A stretch of 64,000 nt of DNA from Spongospora subterranea f. sp. subterranea (lineage: Eukaryota): NCBI GenBank assembly GCA_049724395.1, contig JAUGWO010000023.1, forward strand, positions 1-64,000, read 5' to 3'. The position numbers and the translations under genes are program-made. Positions 40,199-53,386 of the stretch are shown here, piece after piece. Under the pieces are notes generated by a model that made no database searches, had not been told where the DNA came from, and saw only the letters and a program-made list of their open reading frames with translations. Each line of letters opens with the position of its first letter. The stretch's first letter is position 1.

Positions 40199-42358
40199 AT
40201 GGCTAGTACATTGCCTAATAGGTTACATAGTGAACGCGTTTCGTTTGAGTATTGCCTTGAAGGTATTGTCTCTGCCCGCAATGGTGACGTATCAGGCTCA
40301 ATGCGCCTATTTGACGATGCGATTTTGTTAAATCCTTCCAGCGCTGCTGCGCGGGTTTGCTTAGGTTTAAGGTTGTTGGCCGAAGGCTACGCAAAGGAGG
40401 CATTAGAACAGTTCAATGAAGCCCTGGAGTCAACAACCAGTGTGTACTGCAGTTCACGAACGTTGAGATGTCGCGGTCTTCTACATCATTCCAATCGTGA
40501 TTATGAGTTAGCGATTGCCGATTTTTCTGCCGCCGTGGAATTGGATGAGGGTTTCGCCGAAGGATATTATCTACGAGCGCTTGTCCATTATGATCAGAAA
40601 CAATTCGAGCTCTGTGTACAAGACATGTCCCTGACAATAGATTTATCGCCTGAATCTCCAGCAGCATTTATGAATCGGGGCAACGCATATACGGAGATGG
40701 GAATGTATCAAGAAGCAATCGAAGACTTAAGCACGGCGATATGCTTTGATGATTGCACTTCGGTGATCTATTATAACAGAGGCAATGTCTATTGCCAAGC
40801 AAAAGAGCTGGAGCGTGCCATATCAGACTATTCCAAGTCAATTGAGCTCGATCCTAGCCAATCTAGCGCGTTCTTCAATCGCGGTAATACGTACCACGAA
40901 CTTGGTAAGCGTTGCAATTATTATTTCCAGTAATCACATCTTGAACCTCGATTAGGACTCTACGAATTATCTGTTCTTGATTTCACCGAGGCTGCCAGGT
41001 TGGATCCTGCAGACTCTGCACGCTTTTTGGAATCCAGGGGGTGCTCGTTCTGTCGATCTGGCAAACTAACCGAGGCATATAACGATTTTACTCTTGCTGC
41101 AGAATTCAATCCTGAGGGCTCTACAATATATCTCAACCGATCGACGGTGCTATTCCGTCAAGGCAAATATCATGAGGCTTTGGAGGATCTTGACCGCTGT
41201 ATCAAGCTGAATCCGAAATGTGCTGTGGCCTATACTAAACGTGGAGACGTTCACATGAGGTTCAAACAATGGCGGTCGGCGATTGAAGATTTTACAGAGG
41301 CAATTGCGATCAACCCTAACGATGTCTATTCATGGTTCACAAGGGGCCGATGTCAGATCAAGCTGTCGATGGTTCTTTCAGCTATCAGTGATTTCACAGC
41401 TGCGATTAACATCGAACCTAGATTTGGAAGGGCATACTCCGAAAGAGGGCGTGCATTCTGTACTGACACAATTCGCCATTATGACTTGGCCATCAAGGAC
41501 TTCACCAAAGCCATCGAGCTTGATCCTAACGATGTTCAGGCTTATTTAGGTCGTGCTCGAGCTGCTCATGTCATTCATAACCATTGTCAAGTGGTCAAAG
41601 ACTGCAATAGTGTTCTACGCCTCTCTTCGACTGAAGAAGAAGCTTTCGTCTTACGTTCAGCGTCATATGTCGCTCTTGGGGCCTTCGATCAAGCATTTAA
41701 ATCGATTGCACAGGCATGGCAACTGTTGCCTAGGACTGCAGCGCTTTTTGTCAGTCGTGGCGACATAAATTTAGCAGCTGGGCACCTGAGAAAAGCGATT
41801 GATGATTATGCCAAAGCTTTGGAGATGTGTCCAGGCCTTGAGACAGGTCGTAGCGGGTTGCAGCGAGCAAGTAGACTTTTGAAGGACCGTCCCAAGGTTG
41901 ATAAAGGATCAGCCGAATGGCATTTACATCGTGCTCGCCGTTTATCGCGCTCCTATCAAACTCAAGAACGTCTGATTCGGGCGATATTCAACTTGCGCCT
42001 TCATAAGTATACGCTGGCATTATCCGATATCGCGGCTGCATCGAATACGGATTCTATTGAAGTTCGTGCGCATCTCAATCAATGCCAAGCGGTGATCAAC
42101 GAACGAAAAGGACGCTATGTTGCTTGTGGAGCCCATGAGCTGCGCCGGTTTTCATCAGTTTCGGCAAGTGGACTATCAACATCATTCGCTCTCCGCAGAA
42201 CCAATAGCATGACATCCAGTTCATCATCATCTGCGTTGGTCAATCCTGACAGGCATCAGAGTACACCTCACATGAGGGGAGGAGCCGTTCGGCGCAGCAT
42301 CTCAAGCCGCTTCCAAGGAGATATGCCTCACGCCTCCTTCGACCCCACAATGTGTTGA
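40199..42358 (+). CDS. Tetratricopeptide-repeat protein
   Basis: Many TPRs (A(F/Y).NRG...AI.D.S.AI.LDP), with an intron at ~40905-40955 joining the two long ORFs. Confidence 0.92.
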
Positions 42359-42427
42359 TCCTATTGCGTTCCATATAGTAGCATGTACTGTATAAGATAA
42401 ATGATTCTAGCTTCAGTATGCCGGTTG

Positions 42428-43763
42428 TTAATTCTTGTAGGGTGTGTGCGATGCTGGCGGTCTCGCGGTCGGGTGTTTCAAAGAAATATTCATTTCTTTC
42501 AGAATAGCAGCTGTCACTTCAACAAGTTCGATCATATTTTCCTCAGAAAGCCTGCCGATGTTTCCTACCCGAAAGCTATCGACAGTTGATACCACCCCTG
42601 GATAAATTAACATTCCCCGGTCGCTGAGAAGTTGATAAAACGTAGTAAAATCCCAGTTCAGATGATCTGGGAAAAGAAATGTCGTGATAATTGGGCCTTG
42701 ATTTTCCTTTTTGACATACGGTACGAATCCTAACGCTTCATACCCATCGGTTAGAATTTTTTGGAGATTTTTGTACCGAATGTATCTCTTAGCGACACCG
42801 CCTTCGCTGTCCAGTTCGTCTAATGCTTGATCCATGGCCAGAATGGCGTGGGTGGGGGGAGTGAATCTAAACTGTCCATTTCGATCTAATCCTGCATTCT
42901 GAGCATGTAAATCTAGAGATAGCGTACGGGAGTTGCATGAAGAGGCCTCAAGCAAATCCCTCCTTGCAATAGTAAACGAGAAACCGGGAACACCTTCGAG
43001 ACATTTGTTGGATGACGAAACCAGAAAATCGATGTTTGCCATGGATATTGGGATACCGCCAAAGGAAGACATAGCATCGACGATAAAAGTCTTCCCTGCA
43101 TTTCTGACGGTTTTTCCAATTTTCTCGACCGGATTAAGGATTCCACTAACAAGTTGTTATGTACGGAAACCACCGTCGGCGATTCTTACCTAGTTGTTTC
43201 CGAGTGGACAAGCGCCACAGTTGTCACTTCAGGATGAGCTGCTAAAGCTTCTTGAATATCGGTATCTGTGTACGTACAATTCTCTGGCTTTGAGATGAGC
43301 ACCTTCTCGATACCGTAAACATCAGCGATCTTTGCCATCCGCATACCGTATGCGCCATTAGAAGCAATAAGTAACTGTTGGACTGGTTTAGCCCAATTCA
43401 TCTCATAGGCAAAAGATATGCCAACCTTTCCTGCTGTTTTGGGTACGACGGTTGTCAGGACGCCTTCTACACCAAATGTGCCTATATTAATTAACTTTAT
43501 TACAGGTTAAAATCTAAATTTTCACGGCTTACCTGATCCCTGCATCAAAACGCACGTGAACTCAGATGAATTCACACCGGCGATCTTGAGCAATCGCTCA
43601 CGAACACGTTCCACAACTGTTATAAACGATGCATCCCGAGACCCGAAATCATGGAGCATTGCCCCTGTTTAGTGGTCATTGATGTAGTCAGGGGCCCAGG
43701 TGTGAACAGCAGCGGATCTCGGGCCGCCATTGATAAAGCCCTTCTCGCAATGGTACAAAACAT
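42428..43763 (-). CDS. phnW: 2-aminoethylphosphonate-pyruvate transaminase (PLP-dependent), intron-containing, frameshift near 43665
   Basis: Motifs LLFTPGPLTTS..K.AML.DFGSRD, NGAYG.RM, VHSETT, DAMSSFGG, SSNKCLEGVPG, FRFTPPTH and IYPG...SFRVGNIG are present. Confidence 0.88.
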
Positions 43764-44604
43764 GATCTTCTTAACATGAATCATCCGGAAACTAACGTTC
43801 TTTATTAATGATATCTTAAGGGTGTCCTGATGCGGTAAGTTTGGTCCGACACACTGTGGCCCACCCATAACAAGGTTGGGCAAATATCTTGCGCGGTATC
43901 AAATGCACAAGCAGGAGGCTTCAGCGACGTTTCGCGTGAATCTTACTTTGCTTTTGGCGGTTTTTCGCCATGAGGAGATGGACTGCGTCGATTGGCAGAA
44001 CGAGATTTGTTTGCGCCACTTTATTTCTTTATGCGGTCGTCTCCTCGTGGGCTGGAAGAGCTATTGGAACGGCAGTCCATAAACCGGGTAAAACAGGATG
44101 TCCTCCTATAAAAAGGGTGGTTCAAGTAAACAAGATGCCCAATTAATCCACAGTTCCCATTTGTTGTTTGTCTCATGGAAACATCGACGTGGTTGCTCAT
44201 CCAACGGTCGCTGTCGCAGTCGATTTGTTCAAAGAAACTCAGAAACTGGAAGACGGAAGGGAAGCCTCTTGGACACCCATCATGATAGAAGCTCTGCTTT
44301 CAGAAAAGCAACCAATGCAAAACTGTTCCTCGAAGCCAAAGAAAAAAAACAAACATCATGGGATTTTTTCTCTTTGTATGGCGACGGGCCGTGATTCACG
44401 CCAAGACGCAAGTGTGTGACTCCTTGCGTGGGAGACGAAGGCCGGCAAACCCCTTTTTTTAAAAGTCTCATTACTTGATAGAACCGAATATAATTCAGAC
44501 GACCATTTACGTATTTCCAGAAGCCTCACCTTCTAACCACTAACATTGCTCCCTGAGGGTAACGGCACAACACATATTCGGTTCTACTAATCGGGAGCGT
44601 CGGA

Positions 44605-45326
44605 ATGACGACAATGGAGGAGATCCGCCAAAGTATGGTGGAGATGCGGGAGCATAGCCGCGAGGCAATAGAGAAGCTGCAAGCAAAGCAAGACCGCATC
44701 GCGCGGGTCATGGAGCAGCTGGTAGCCCGGCTGTCGCGTCCAGCCCGACGGCAACGATCGCAGTGAAGCGCGAGCAGGATGGCGACGGTTATGCTCCTGA
44801 GTCGCCCGAAGCGAACGCGGCGGGGCGCCAGTTTTGGTCGCAGGGCCAGGCGCAACGGGTCGAATGGCAGCGCTCCGACGAGCGGCTGTCGGCAGAACAA
44901 GGCAAGACTTTTCCAAAACTGGCAACATGCTCCGGTGACCCATGGAAATCGTCAAAGACGGACGTCGTCGTCATGTGGCTGAACATGGCGATCTCGTCCG
45001 TGCGGCGGATGGGGGCGATGGAACGGACCGGGATAGAGCTATGGCTCCGGGCCCGCATCAGCAACAAGGCGCTGGCGGAAATCATTGCGTCGGCGGAAAG
45101 AATGTTGCCGACGTCGCCTTACGAGGACGTCTTGATATACGCGCGCGACCGCATCACGGGAGCGCTGGAGCAGGAGGATCGTTCCCGCTGGAGGCAGCGC
45201 TAGCAGTTCATCAGCGCGCGGACGAACCGTTGACCGGGGTTCTGACCCGATTGGAGACTGCTCTCAACGAGCTGACGGCGAACAAACCGGACGAGGCATC
45301 CTCGGAGCTCCTGTACTTCATCTATT
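44605..45326 (+). pseudogene. GC-rich LTR-retrotransposon gag-like remnant
   Basis: A coiled-coil N-terminus leads, across frameshifts, to ..VHQRADEPLTG(F/V)LTRLETALNEL, the gag 'Q...E....F..R' motif. Confidence 0.55.
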
Positions 45327-45576
45327 GAGGATGCCTCGTCCGGTTTGTTCGCCGTCAGCTCGTTGAGAGCAGTCTCCAATCGGGTCAGAAACCCGGTCAA
45401 CGGTTCGTCCGCGCGCTGATGAACTGCTAGCGCTGCCTCCATCCAGCGGGAACGATCCTCCTGCTCCAGCGCTCCCGTGATGCGGTCGCGCGCGTATATC
45501 AAGACGTCCTCGTAAGGCGACGTCGGCAACATTCTTTCCGCCGACGCAATGATTTCCGCCAGCGCCATGTTGCTGA
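45058..45576. repeat. Inverted repeat: arms 45058-45303 and 45327-45576, 23-bp spacer
   Basis: ALAEIIASAERMLPTSPYEDVLIYARDRITGALEQEDRSRW is read on both strands. The arms differ by a 4-bp indel and about 2 substitutions. Confidence 0.95.
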
Positions 45577-46540
45577 ACTTAATTGATGACTTTTGCTCAG
45601 TCTTCGGTGCTCGCACTTCCAATTTGGAAGGAGCTACCCTAGGTGGGCGGATTTTGAAGGAAGCTGCCAGCGATGCAATTGCTGACGGTATCAAAACCTT
45701 GAGGCGAAACGTCAATAATGGAGCTTTTTCTCGGAATTTCTATGGATGGATTCGAAACTAATGGCCAACAGCATTTCACCGGTGTCGTTGTTCATCCTAT
45801 GATATTCCAGTCTCTTTCGACTTTGTCCCAGACGAAGATGAACACCATGGAATAGCTATTTCTCAAGCAATGGAAGAAATAATCACGAAGAGTTTAGACA
45901 ACTTGGAACACAAAATATTCAGCGTTTGTACAGATGATGCTGGCAGGGGTCAATGAACAAACCTTTCTCATTCTAAATCCTTTCAATCGGCATACTTGAA
46001 AAATAATCATGAATTGCCAGGCTCATATGGTAGTAAGAACTGGGAATATACTTCAAGCTAACATATTGTGATCAGATACACAATTGGATGAAACAATTGT
46101 TGAAGCTCCCAACTTTCGCCACCGTGTTTCAAGAGGCCTGCTCTTGCATCAATGCTTTGAATGCGTCCTCATCCAAATGGCTAGCCAGAGCGAAAAATGA
46201 GATGCTTCGGAAGTACGGAAAATACATGGAGCTTTTGACCGTACATAGCAGATACAAGATGGAACGCTAGCTAAATGATGGCATCTCTTTTACGTGTCAA
46301 GACGCCCCTGAGATTGTTTTGCTTGTCCTGGCAATCCTAACCCGGATTTTCCAAAACTTGTGAATGTCTCGAAGCACCTTCGCTTTGGACTGGTAAGATG
46401 TTTGTGAACTTCGAGACATTCACAAGCAGCTTGTAAATCCGGGTTGGGATTGCCAGGACAAGCAAAACATTTTCAGGGCCGTCTTGACACGTAAAAGAGA
46501 TGCCATCATTATTTGGCTAGAGTTCCATCGTGTATCTGCT
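45577..46540 (+). pseudogene. hAT-family transposase remnant
   Basis: IFSVCTDDAG (cf. VVTDNA) at ~45915-45945 and ADTRWN (TRWNS motif) at ~46248-46266. Confidence 0.65.
46247..46540. repeat. Diverged inverted repeat: arms 46247-46374 and 46409-46540
   Basis: ATGATGGCATCTCTTTTACGTGTCAAGACG..GTTTTGCTTGTCCTGGCAATCC.AACCCGGATTT is present on both strands with multiple mismatches. Confidence 0.9.
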
Positions 46541-47712
46541 CTGTCGGAAGCGGGAATGTTGGAACGCTGTTCTGAAACTGTTTCTCCAGAAAAACGGTAT
46601 TTCTTCCAAGAGCAGACTATCGATGATGGCCACACCAGAAGGAGACGGGGAGACCACGAGCATGGTACAACCGTCCATGTCAGTAAACATTGCCCAAATG
46701 GCAGCCATATGATTTCCAGCTATAAATGTTCAGCAAAAGTGTTCTAGCTAACGTTATTGCGATAGCAAAGCACCACTAATTGAATAATCATCTCCTTCAG
46801 ATTATCCAATCAATCATGTGTTGTCTTGGAGCAATAAATGCCATACACCAATTAGCGCTCAGCTTAAGTTGTGGTTCTATGGCCTGTTTGTATGGCGATT
46901 TTGACAGACCGACCGGGGATATCTGACGGATGATGCTGCTCGTAAGGGTACATGGCGCCACCGGAAACACTATTTAGCCAAAAGCCTTATCATTTCTTGA
47001 GCCAATGGCATATGACATTTGGCATAAAAGAGCTTCCAAATTTATACGCTCACAAACCCCTGTTCAAGTCCCTTGGTGTGCGGCTGTTTGAAAAAATTGT
47101 TCTCGCGACATTGATCCGTTTTTCTGTATCTCCCCGACTTCTTTGGGGCTAGATTCCGTGCACTTTACAACTATTGCATAAGTATACAATCTAATTGATA
47201 ACTATAAATTTGCTGTGCGAGGCCTTCCCAGCAATCAACCGTGTAGCAGTGCAGCTATCATGGCGCGACCGTCTGCATCGTCGTGCAAGTGGGAGCGGGC
47301 AACAAATGATCGGCTCTCCGTCCACTGACTTTTGTACCTCGTCAGGGTCATACCCATAGTATATCTTGCATTACCGCTAACCGTCCATCAGATCGAATAA
47401 GCGCTGTCGATGAATTGAGGAAATCGTCGTTTCATGGACCGTTCAAGAGTAAAGCATGCCATTCAGGGTTTACATTGTGGTTCATCCGTAAACATATGAA
47501 TGCAAAAAAGGAGCAGGTGTTCTATCGTTATAATACAAATATATTGCAGAGAAAGACTCCTTATAAAATAACTCATACCTCCTTCAACAACTAAAACCAC
47601 ATGTTTAGCAACAAAATAACTGAAACCTCAACCTTCCAGTCATTCATTAAAACAGGCAACATCGTTATTACGGAAGCACGACGAGATCAGTTTTAATGAC
47701 GAGTAAACCATC

Positions 47713-48578
47713 TCATGCCTTTTCATCATCAGAATCGTCCATTTCTTCTCGAGCTTTATCTGCTTTGGCATATCGAATGGCTTCTTGGCGTAGATCTTCT
47801 GGGATACGAACGTGCTTGAAGTCGGAATCTTTGCAAATCCAGCTCATGTCCAGTTCGAACTCCTTATCTTTGATGTCATCATGCAACTTGTAAATTATCT
47901 TGGCAATGAGTTTAACGGCCTCCTTAACAGTTATAGAAGTGAAATCAATCTTCTCCAGCTCACTTCCGGCTCCGTTTTTCGCTTTGCCAACGGCTGCGGC
48001 AAAGTATCGGTGTCCAATGCCAGAGGGATCGATTTGATATAACTGAGGCCCGTTGCTATCATACGAAGCAATCAAAATCGAGGTGCCAAATGGACGCAAA
48101 TATGCAAACAGTGTGTGATAATGGACTTCCGAACTAGGAAAAAATTGAGTCAGCTTCGTTGAGGTGGGGAATTAAAACTCTCACGCCAATCGAGAATTAA
48201 GGATATGCCCTGGTATTTGGGAACCATAGAATTTACGATATTGGCTGGACTGATGGCGAGCCAATTTGACGATTTTTCGTGCATCAGCAGCGAAACCAGC
48301 CATGGCCACTCCAGCATGTTCATCAACAGTGAAAATACGCCGGTTTCCTCCAGGAACCAGCATCCTGTTCAGTACAGGGTTTTCAACGCCGAGAACGACA
48401 CCATCGACACACTTAATACCAATGGTGGTTCTGAATATTCAATGGCCATTACTGACATAAACACCAACACAAATCCATCGTACCCGCTCTTTTCGACGGC
48501 TTTGAGAGCATATTCTACTTGGAAGACGCGCCCGTCTGGACTAAAGGTCGATGCGCTAAGATCATAACCGCTGGACAT
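47713..48578 (-). CDS. PSMA3: Proteasome subunit alpha type-3 (alpha 7)
   Basis: Motifs [28 protein letters not shown] and [11 protein letters not shown], with two introns. Confidence 0.95.
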
Positions 48579-49129
48579 CTCAAACGGCAATGGAGGTCCG
48601 GTCTATGATATCGATGGGAACTCTCTTTATTCCTAGTGACCTCTATCTACTACCTACGGCCACAGGGGATATATATCCCACAGGATGACATATCTGATGT
48701 TTTACTGGCCACAGTCGCGCACTAATATCATACTGTACACAGTACATACGGTAGAGTTACCGGCGCTGCCCATTCACACGGTCGTGACTGGTGGACTGGG
48801 GCCTCGGGAAGCGCAAATCGCGAACAAGAAGAGTTCAGTCCGATATTCGCAGAGCAACGATTGGTGGACGGTGATTGACCTGTTGAATCCTAGGGTTCGA
48901 CTGAAGTGGAAATATCAGGTAGGCAAGAGCGAATGGTCGCGTGCCTTGACTGTGTCCATCGACCATACCTCTGATGATTCTAGAACGAATTGGGATCGAT
49001 TCGTGTACTTCAAATCAGGCTCCAGTTGTCTTAGTGATCTTGGTTATCAGCAGGCAGTCTTACACATCTACTATTGTTTCATATTGTGTTCGGCTGAGAG
49101 TTTATATTGCAGACCGGCAAGGATATCCA

Positions 49130-50119
49130 ATGAGATTTAGAGCAGGTTCGTCAATAGCAGTTGAGCAAAACCATGATATTCCCATCCCATCTGCGCCGAC
49201 AATCCTGTCCCGTAAAAGAATTCGTTCCGTCATGGATGAACAACTTCAATCCAGTGCCAGACGACGCCTTGCGTCAGGATCGCCATCAATAAGTGCTGGC
49301 GCATTATTCGCGTCAGGTAATAGACCATCGGTTATTGCTGGCCATGTATCGTCCCGGAATGAAGCTGGCCACGATTGGCTATCTGCATTGCATGACGACT
49401 TACTTGTTCACATATTTAACTTTTTGGATTTTCCCTTGGTGTGCCGGAGCGTGTCTGCTGTGTCAAAGCGATTGCAATCCGTCTCTTATGATAAGCGTTT
49501 TACCAACACGATCAGCTGTCTGACTATCAGCGGCCCGGCGCTGCGCTGGTTGCCGCCTGTATTCTTATGTAGGTTGCTTACAAGGCTTGCTCGGCTTCGG
49601 GAGCTTAGATTCAGCGGTTGCGGCGATGCACTGAACGATGACGTCATGAATGCGGTTGCTACAGGTGTGAGCAGGCGACTTCAGAGGCTTGATGTGGATT
49701 GGTGCGGTTCGGTATCTGATGCAGGGGTGGCCGCTATCGCTGAAGCGTGTCCAGAGATTATCCACTTCACATTGTTCAAAGGGCGATCAGCTACACCGTT
49801 CTCCGGTATCGGAGTGACAGATGAAGCGCTCCGTTTCATTAGTAGACTGTGTCCTAGATTACAATATCTTTGCCTAGCGTATACTCAAGTTACACAAACA
49901 GGTAAGGCATAATGTTCTTTTAGTATAATTGCAAACCGCTCTCTAATATAATGTTGTCAATGGCGAAGGTATAAAAGAGTTCGCCGATGAAACTCATATG
50001 ATCATTGTGAATCTATTATTGAACCGTTCATGCTTGTCGTGGGGTCCAACGTCAATATTACTAGAGAAGCCATCCCATTACTTAGAAAGACCACTGTAGG
50101 CTTAACCGTTGTTATTTGA
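49130..50119 (+). CDS. F-box / leucine-rich-repeat protein
   Basis: F-box LSALHDDLLVHIFNFL..VSAVSKRL is followed by Cys-containing LRRs, with an intron at ~49902-49968. The start codon is uncertain. Confidence 0.82.
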
Positions 50120-50297
50120 CCAGACCATTTAATTGCCATAATCGAATTGTGGTTTCTCGAGATATTGCCGATGATATTGCGCTTGATTTACTGCTCTTTT
50201 GGATTTATCAATAAAAATATATATGTGATCGACATCGCCAGTGAGATTTCTGATCCTTGTCGTAATACCTGTCTATTAATTTGACCTTCTGGACACT

Positions 50298-51619
50298 TTA
50301 ATCCTCTTCCTTCATGAAGGGATATTGATTGTAAAAAGATGATTTATCTAGGGTGCCGAGTATAAACGACGAGCTGAGCTCCGTTGTTGCGCTCAGAACC
50401 TGCTCAGTTGGAGCGGACGGTGAGCGACCTGACAATTGCAACAGGATCGGTGAATACAGATAGACGTCACTGAATGAGGCGTGGAGAGCGCCCTTAGCAT
50501 GCCATATCTGGCTATTCCCTACGTTGACGCGCGAACGGAACTCATCATACCACGAGGGTGATCGCCACGTATCCGACACAATGTGTAGTATGGGCACCGT
50601 GATCAACCTGCTGCCAGGCGATAGGACTGTCTCAGGCAGAGGTTGGCCCCACAAGTCCAATGCGACTACCGCTTTGAACCGTTCGTCAACGTGCGCAGAC
50701 GCAAGCGCCGTCGTGGCTCCGAACGAATGGCCTATCATGAATACGGCGTTCGTATCGATCATGAGAGATGAGTCGTGTTGTCCATCGATCAGGGCGGTCA
50801 AAACCTTTTGTACTTCGTCGACTCTGATCGCCAGTTGGGCTCTTCGTTGCTCAATCATCGGAATGCTGTCGTCAAGATTCACGTACAGTTCTGGCAGACC
50901 GGAATCAGGGGATCGAAACGCGGCCGCGGAACCATCAGCGTGGTTGATCGCAACGGTGATAAACCCACGAGAGGCCCATTCCTCGACCAGCGATGAGTAG
51001 ATCTCAAACGTGCCTGCGAGTCCTACATTAGCATTGATCAGTGGAACCGGTCGAAACTGATCATCGATTGTGCTCTCCTACCATGACTGAATATGATCAC
51101 CGGATGATGAACAGCTTGATCAGAGACCGGCGTCTTTCGATAGGACCTTAACCGGAACGACGACATATGTGATAGCAGAACCGATGGCATTTTGCTGTAT
51201 TTGGCTATTCCTTTCGGGGTATTGCGCCATTCAAGATAGGATATTAGATCAGATGTGGCGCCCTGTTTGACGCACGGGTGGAATATACGAACATCAACGC
51301 CATTTAATTGAGTCGTTATACAGCCGACATGATATGGGCCAGTTAACGGTGGAAAAACGATCAACGGGTGAATGATCAGTAAGAGCAGCGCTAAGATTAG
51401 AAGGATTGCTCGATATGAAAAAGAGGGGTGGACTAGAATGCCCAACCGCGACGCCATCGAGATGGCAATGGAGAGATACATCGACGACAGCGATATTCGC
51501 CAATTATGTCGCGACAGCAATAGAATCACGGCAATCGGAACGACCCATGATAGAGCATCGAATAGGTCCAGGAACCCTAAGAACAGGATGGCGCGCTCAA
51601 TCCAGTGCTGGCCAAGCAT
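50298..51619 (-). CDS. Platelet-activating-factor acetylhydrolase-like alpha/beta hydrolase with N-terminal TMs
   Basis: Motifs PPLTGPYHVG, PVIIFSHG, HADGSA, GHSFGA, ALDLW and H.SFSD, with one intron near 51025-51080. Confidence 0.9.
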
Positions 51620-52327
51620 TGCTCCGGTTCAGCGGTGCAGTTAGGTCATCTATATATAAACTCCTATGTTTTGGCCAAACACCGATCCCCACACAGGCGA
51701 TAATCAATGGCGAAAAACACCGCAATCGGCGAATGCATGGCCTTTTGTTTCGTGGGGCCAGTACGGCGCAGGCCTCCTCCTTCTGGCATTCTATTATAGA
51801 TGGTAAATAACAGTGCCAACATTCCAGCCAGAAAAGGTGACAAGAAAAATCGACATATCTGAAAGAGGGTTTTTGCGGATTTGCGCCACCCTTTATCGGG
51901 AACTTAGTTTTTCGAGTCAGAGAATAGAATTCTTGATCAATGGTGGGAGGCAATTCCCATCTAGAAACCAAGGGTCCTACTCATGTATATGTGCCATTTC
52001 CCGAGTGATGCCAAATTTGCCAAAAATTCCGGTAGTTTTTAGTTAGTGGTATATGCCAGTATTGAGGTGCCCTGCCATATATCGCAGGAACAGGACATAT
52101 ATTATTGGATGGGGATTATTTTCAAGATAACAGGAGTATCATGGGCACATATTCACCTTCAAACAGGCAGATGATATTGCCAATGAACGAATCTTAGGTG
52201 GCGGTACCAAATAGGCGATCGCCAGAGCGACTTGGCGATATCGGCGATCGTTGTGTGCGAGAGAAACAGGGAGGAAAGTGTTGTTGAAGATATGGGAATA
52301 GAGACAGCGGAAGAAACAAGTAAGAGA

Positions 52328-53386
52328 ATGATGGAGGGATTGGGGTTGATCATCATGGCCAGCGCCTCGATAACACTGTTCATATTGGGGATCAAACTGA
52401 TCGATCAGAATATCGGGTCGATATCGACACGGAATCGGTTCATGAACGCAATAGAGGTACAAGGCGTCTCAACCCGTCGCCCTTCAATTCCCCTAATCGT
52501 CGTCATCATCAGACCTGGAAAACGTCATATTCCTCCACGTTCTGTTCGCTATCGTCGATCGATATCGATATCGGCGATCGCTCCTCCGTTCAGAGCTCGT
52601 TATCGTCCGGTCCCGATCGTCTCCAAACGCCCCTCCTTTCCTCGGTCCCGTCCTATCCCATCTGTATTCACCAATATATCGGCCCGATCCCCAATATCGA
52701 TCGGGTCGATATTCTCGCCATCTACCCCATCACAATCCATCTCAATGGCGAGTCGATCGCCATCGGCCCTCTCTCCCCGCACCGTATCGACGGCGTATCG
52801 CCATCGTCGTCGTCAGCCGACTGTGTCAACGGCCGTTATTCGTCCATCACCGGATCGTGCACAACCGTTGGCGTCGTCAAGTCGATCTGCGTCACGATCG
52901 ATGAGGATCCCGAATCGGGTCGATGGAACGTGGTATCGGGTAAATTCGGGTGTGTGAACTGGAACCGGGACGTCGTCAAATACGATCAATTGCCGTATTT
53001 ATCAACGGATTCGTGGGAGAACGGGAGCCGATCGTTATCTGAAGTGCAATTCAGTGTTCGGAGTCGATACGACCCGATGATCACCGCCATGGAGTTGTCA
53101 GATGGGCCATCATTGTCGGGGTTCATCGCGCGTTCAACGAACTCGATAGAATTCGCTGACGATCGGGGCTGTGTGTTTCAGGTTCGGGCTGGACGATGAC
53201 GAGAGCCGCGTCGTCGGGATCGTGTTCCTGTCGGTATCGGTGCTGCTGTTCATGCCAATACTGTACCTGATCGTCAGGGCGTTGGTCAAGCAGCATCGGC
53301 GACGGCAACGACGGAATCGGATCCGACAACAGAAGATGGAAAATGATCTGTGTCCAGAACCCTCTCCCGATAAATTTTTCCATTGA
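52328..53386 (+). CDS. Hypothetical two-TM membrane protein (spliced)
   Basis: Exon 1 encodes a TM (GLIIMASASITLFILGI). An open, Cys-containing frame runs ~52512-53120 ending VRSRYDPMITAMELSDG, and the last exon encodes a TM plus basic tail (FGL..VVGIVFLSVSVLLFMPILYLIVRALVKQHRRR). Splice sites are inferred. Confidence 0.55.

Noticed and set aside
36228..42358. MoxR + TPR as a bacterial Bat-like operon or defence system
   Set aside because: The genes are divergent and intron-containing, no vWA gene is nearby, and adjacency alone is not evidence.
52232..52957. 241-aa Arg/Ser/Pro-rich ORF as the real product
   Set aside because: After ~52456 it probably reads through an intron into a shadow frame. 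Another open frame gives a more protein-like sequence.
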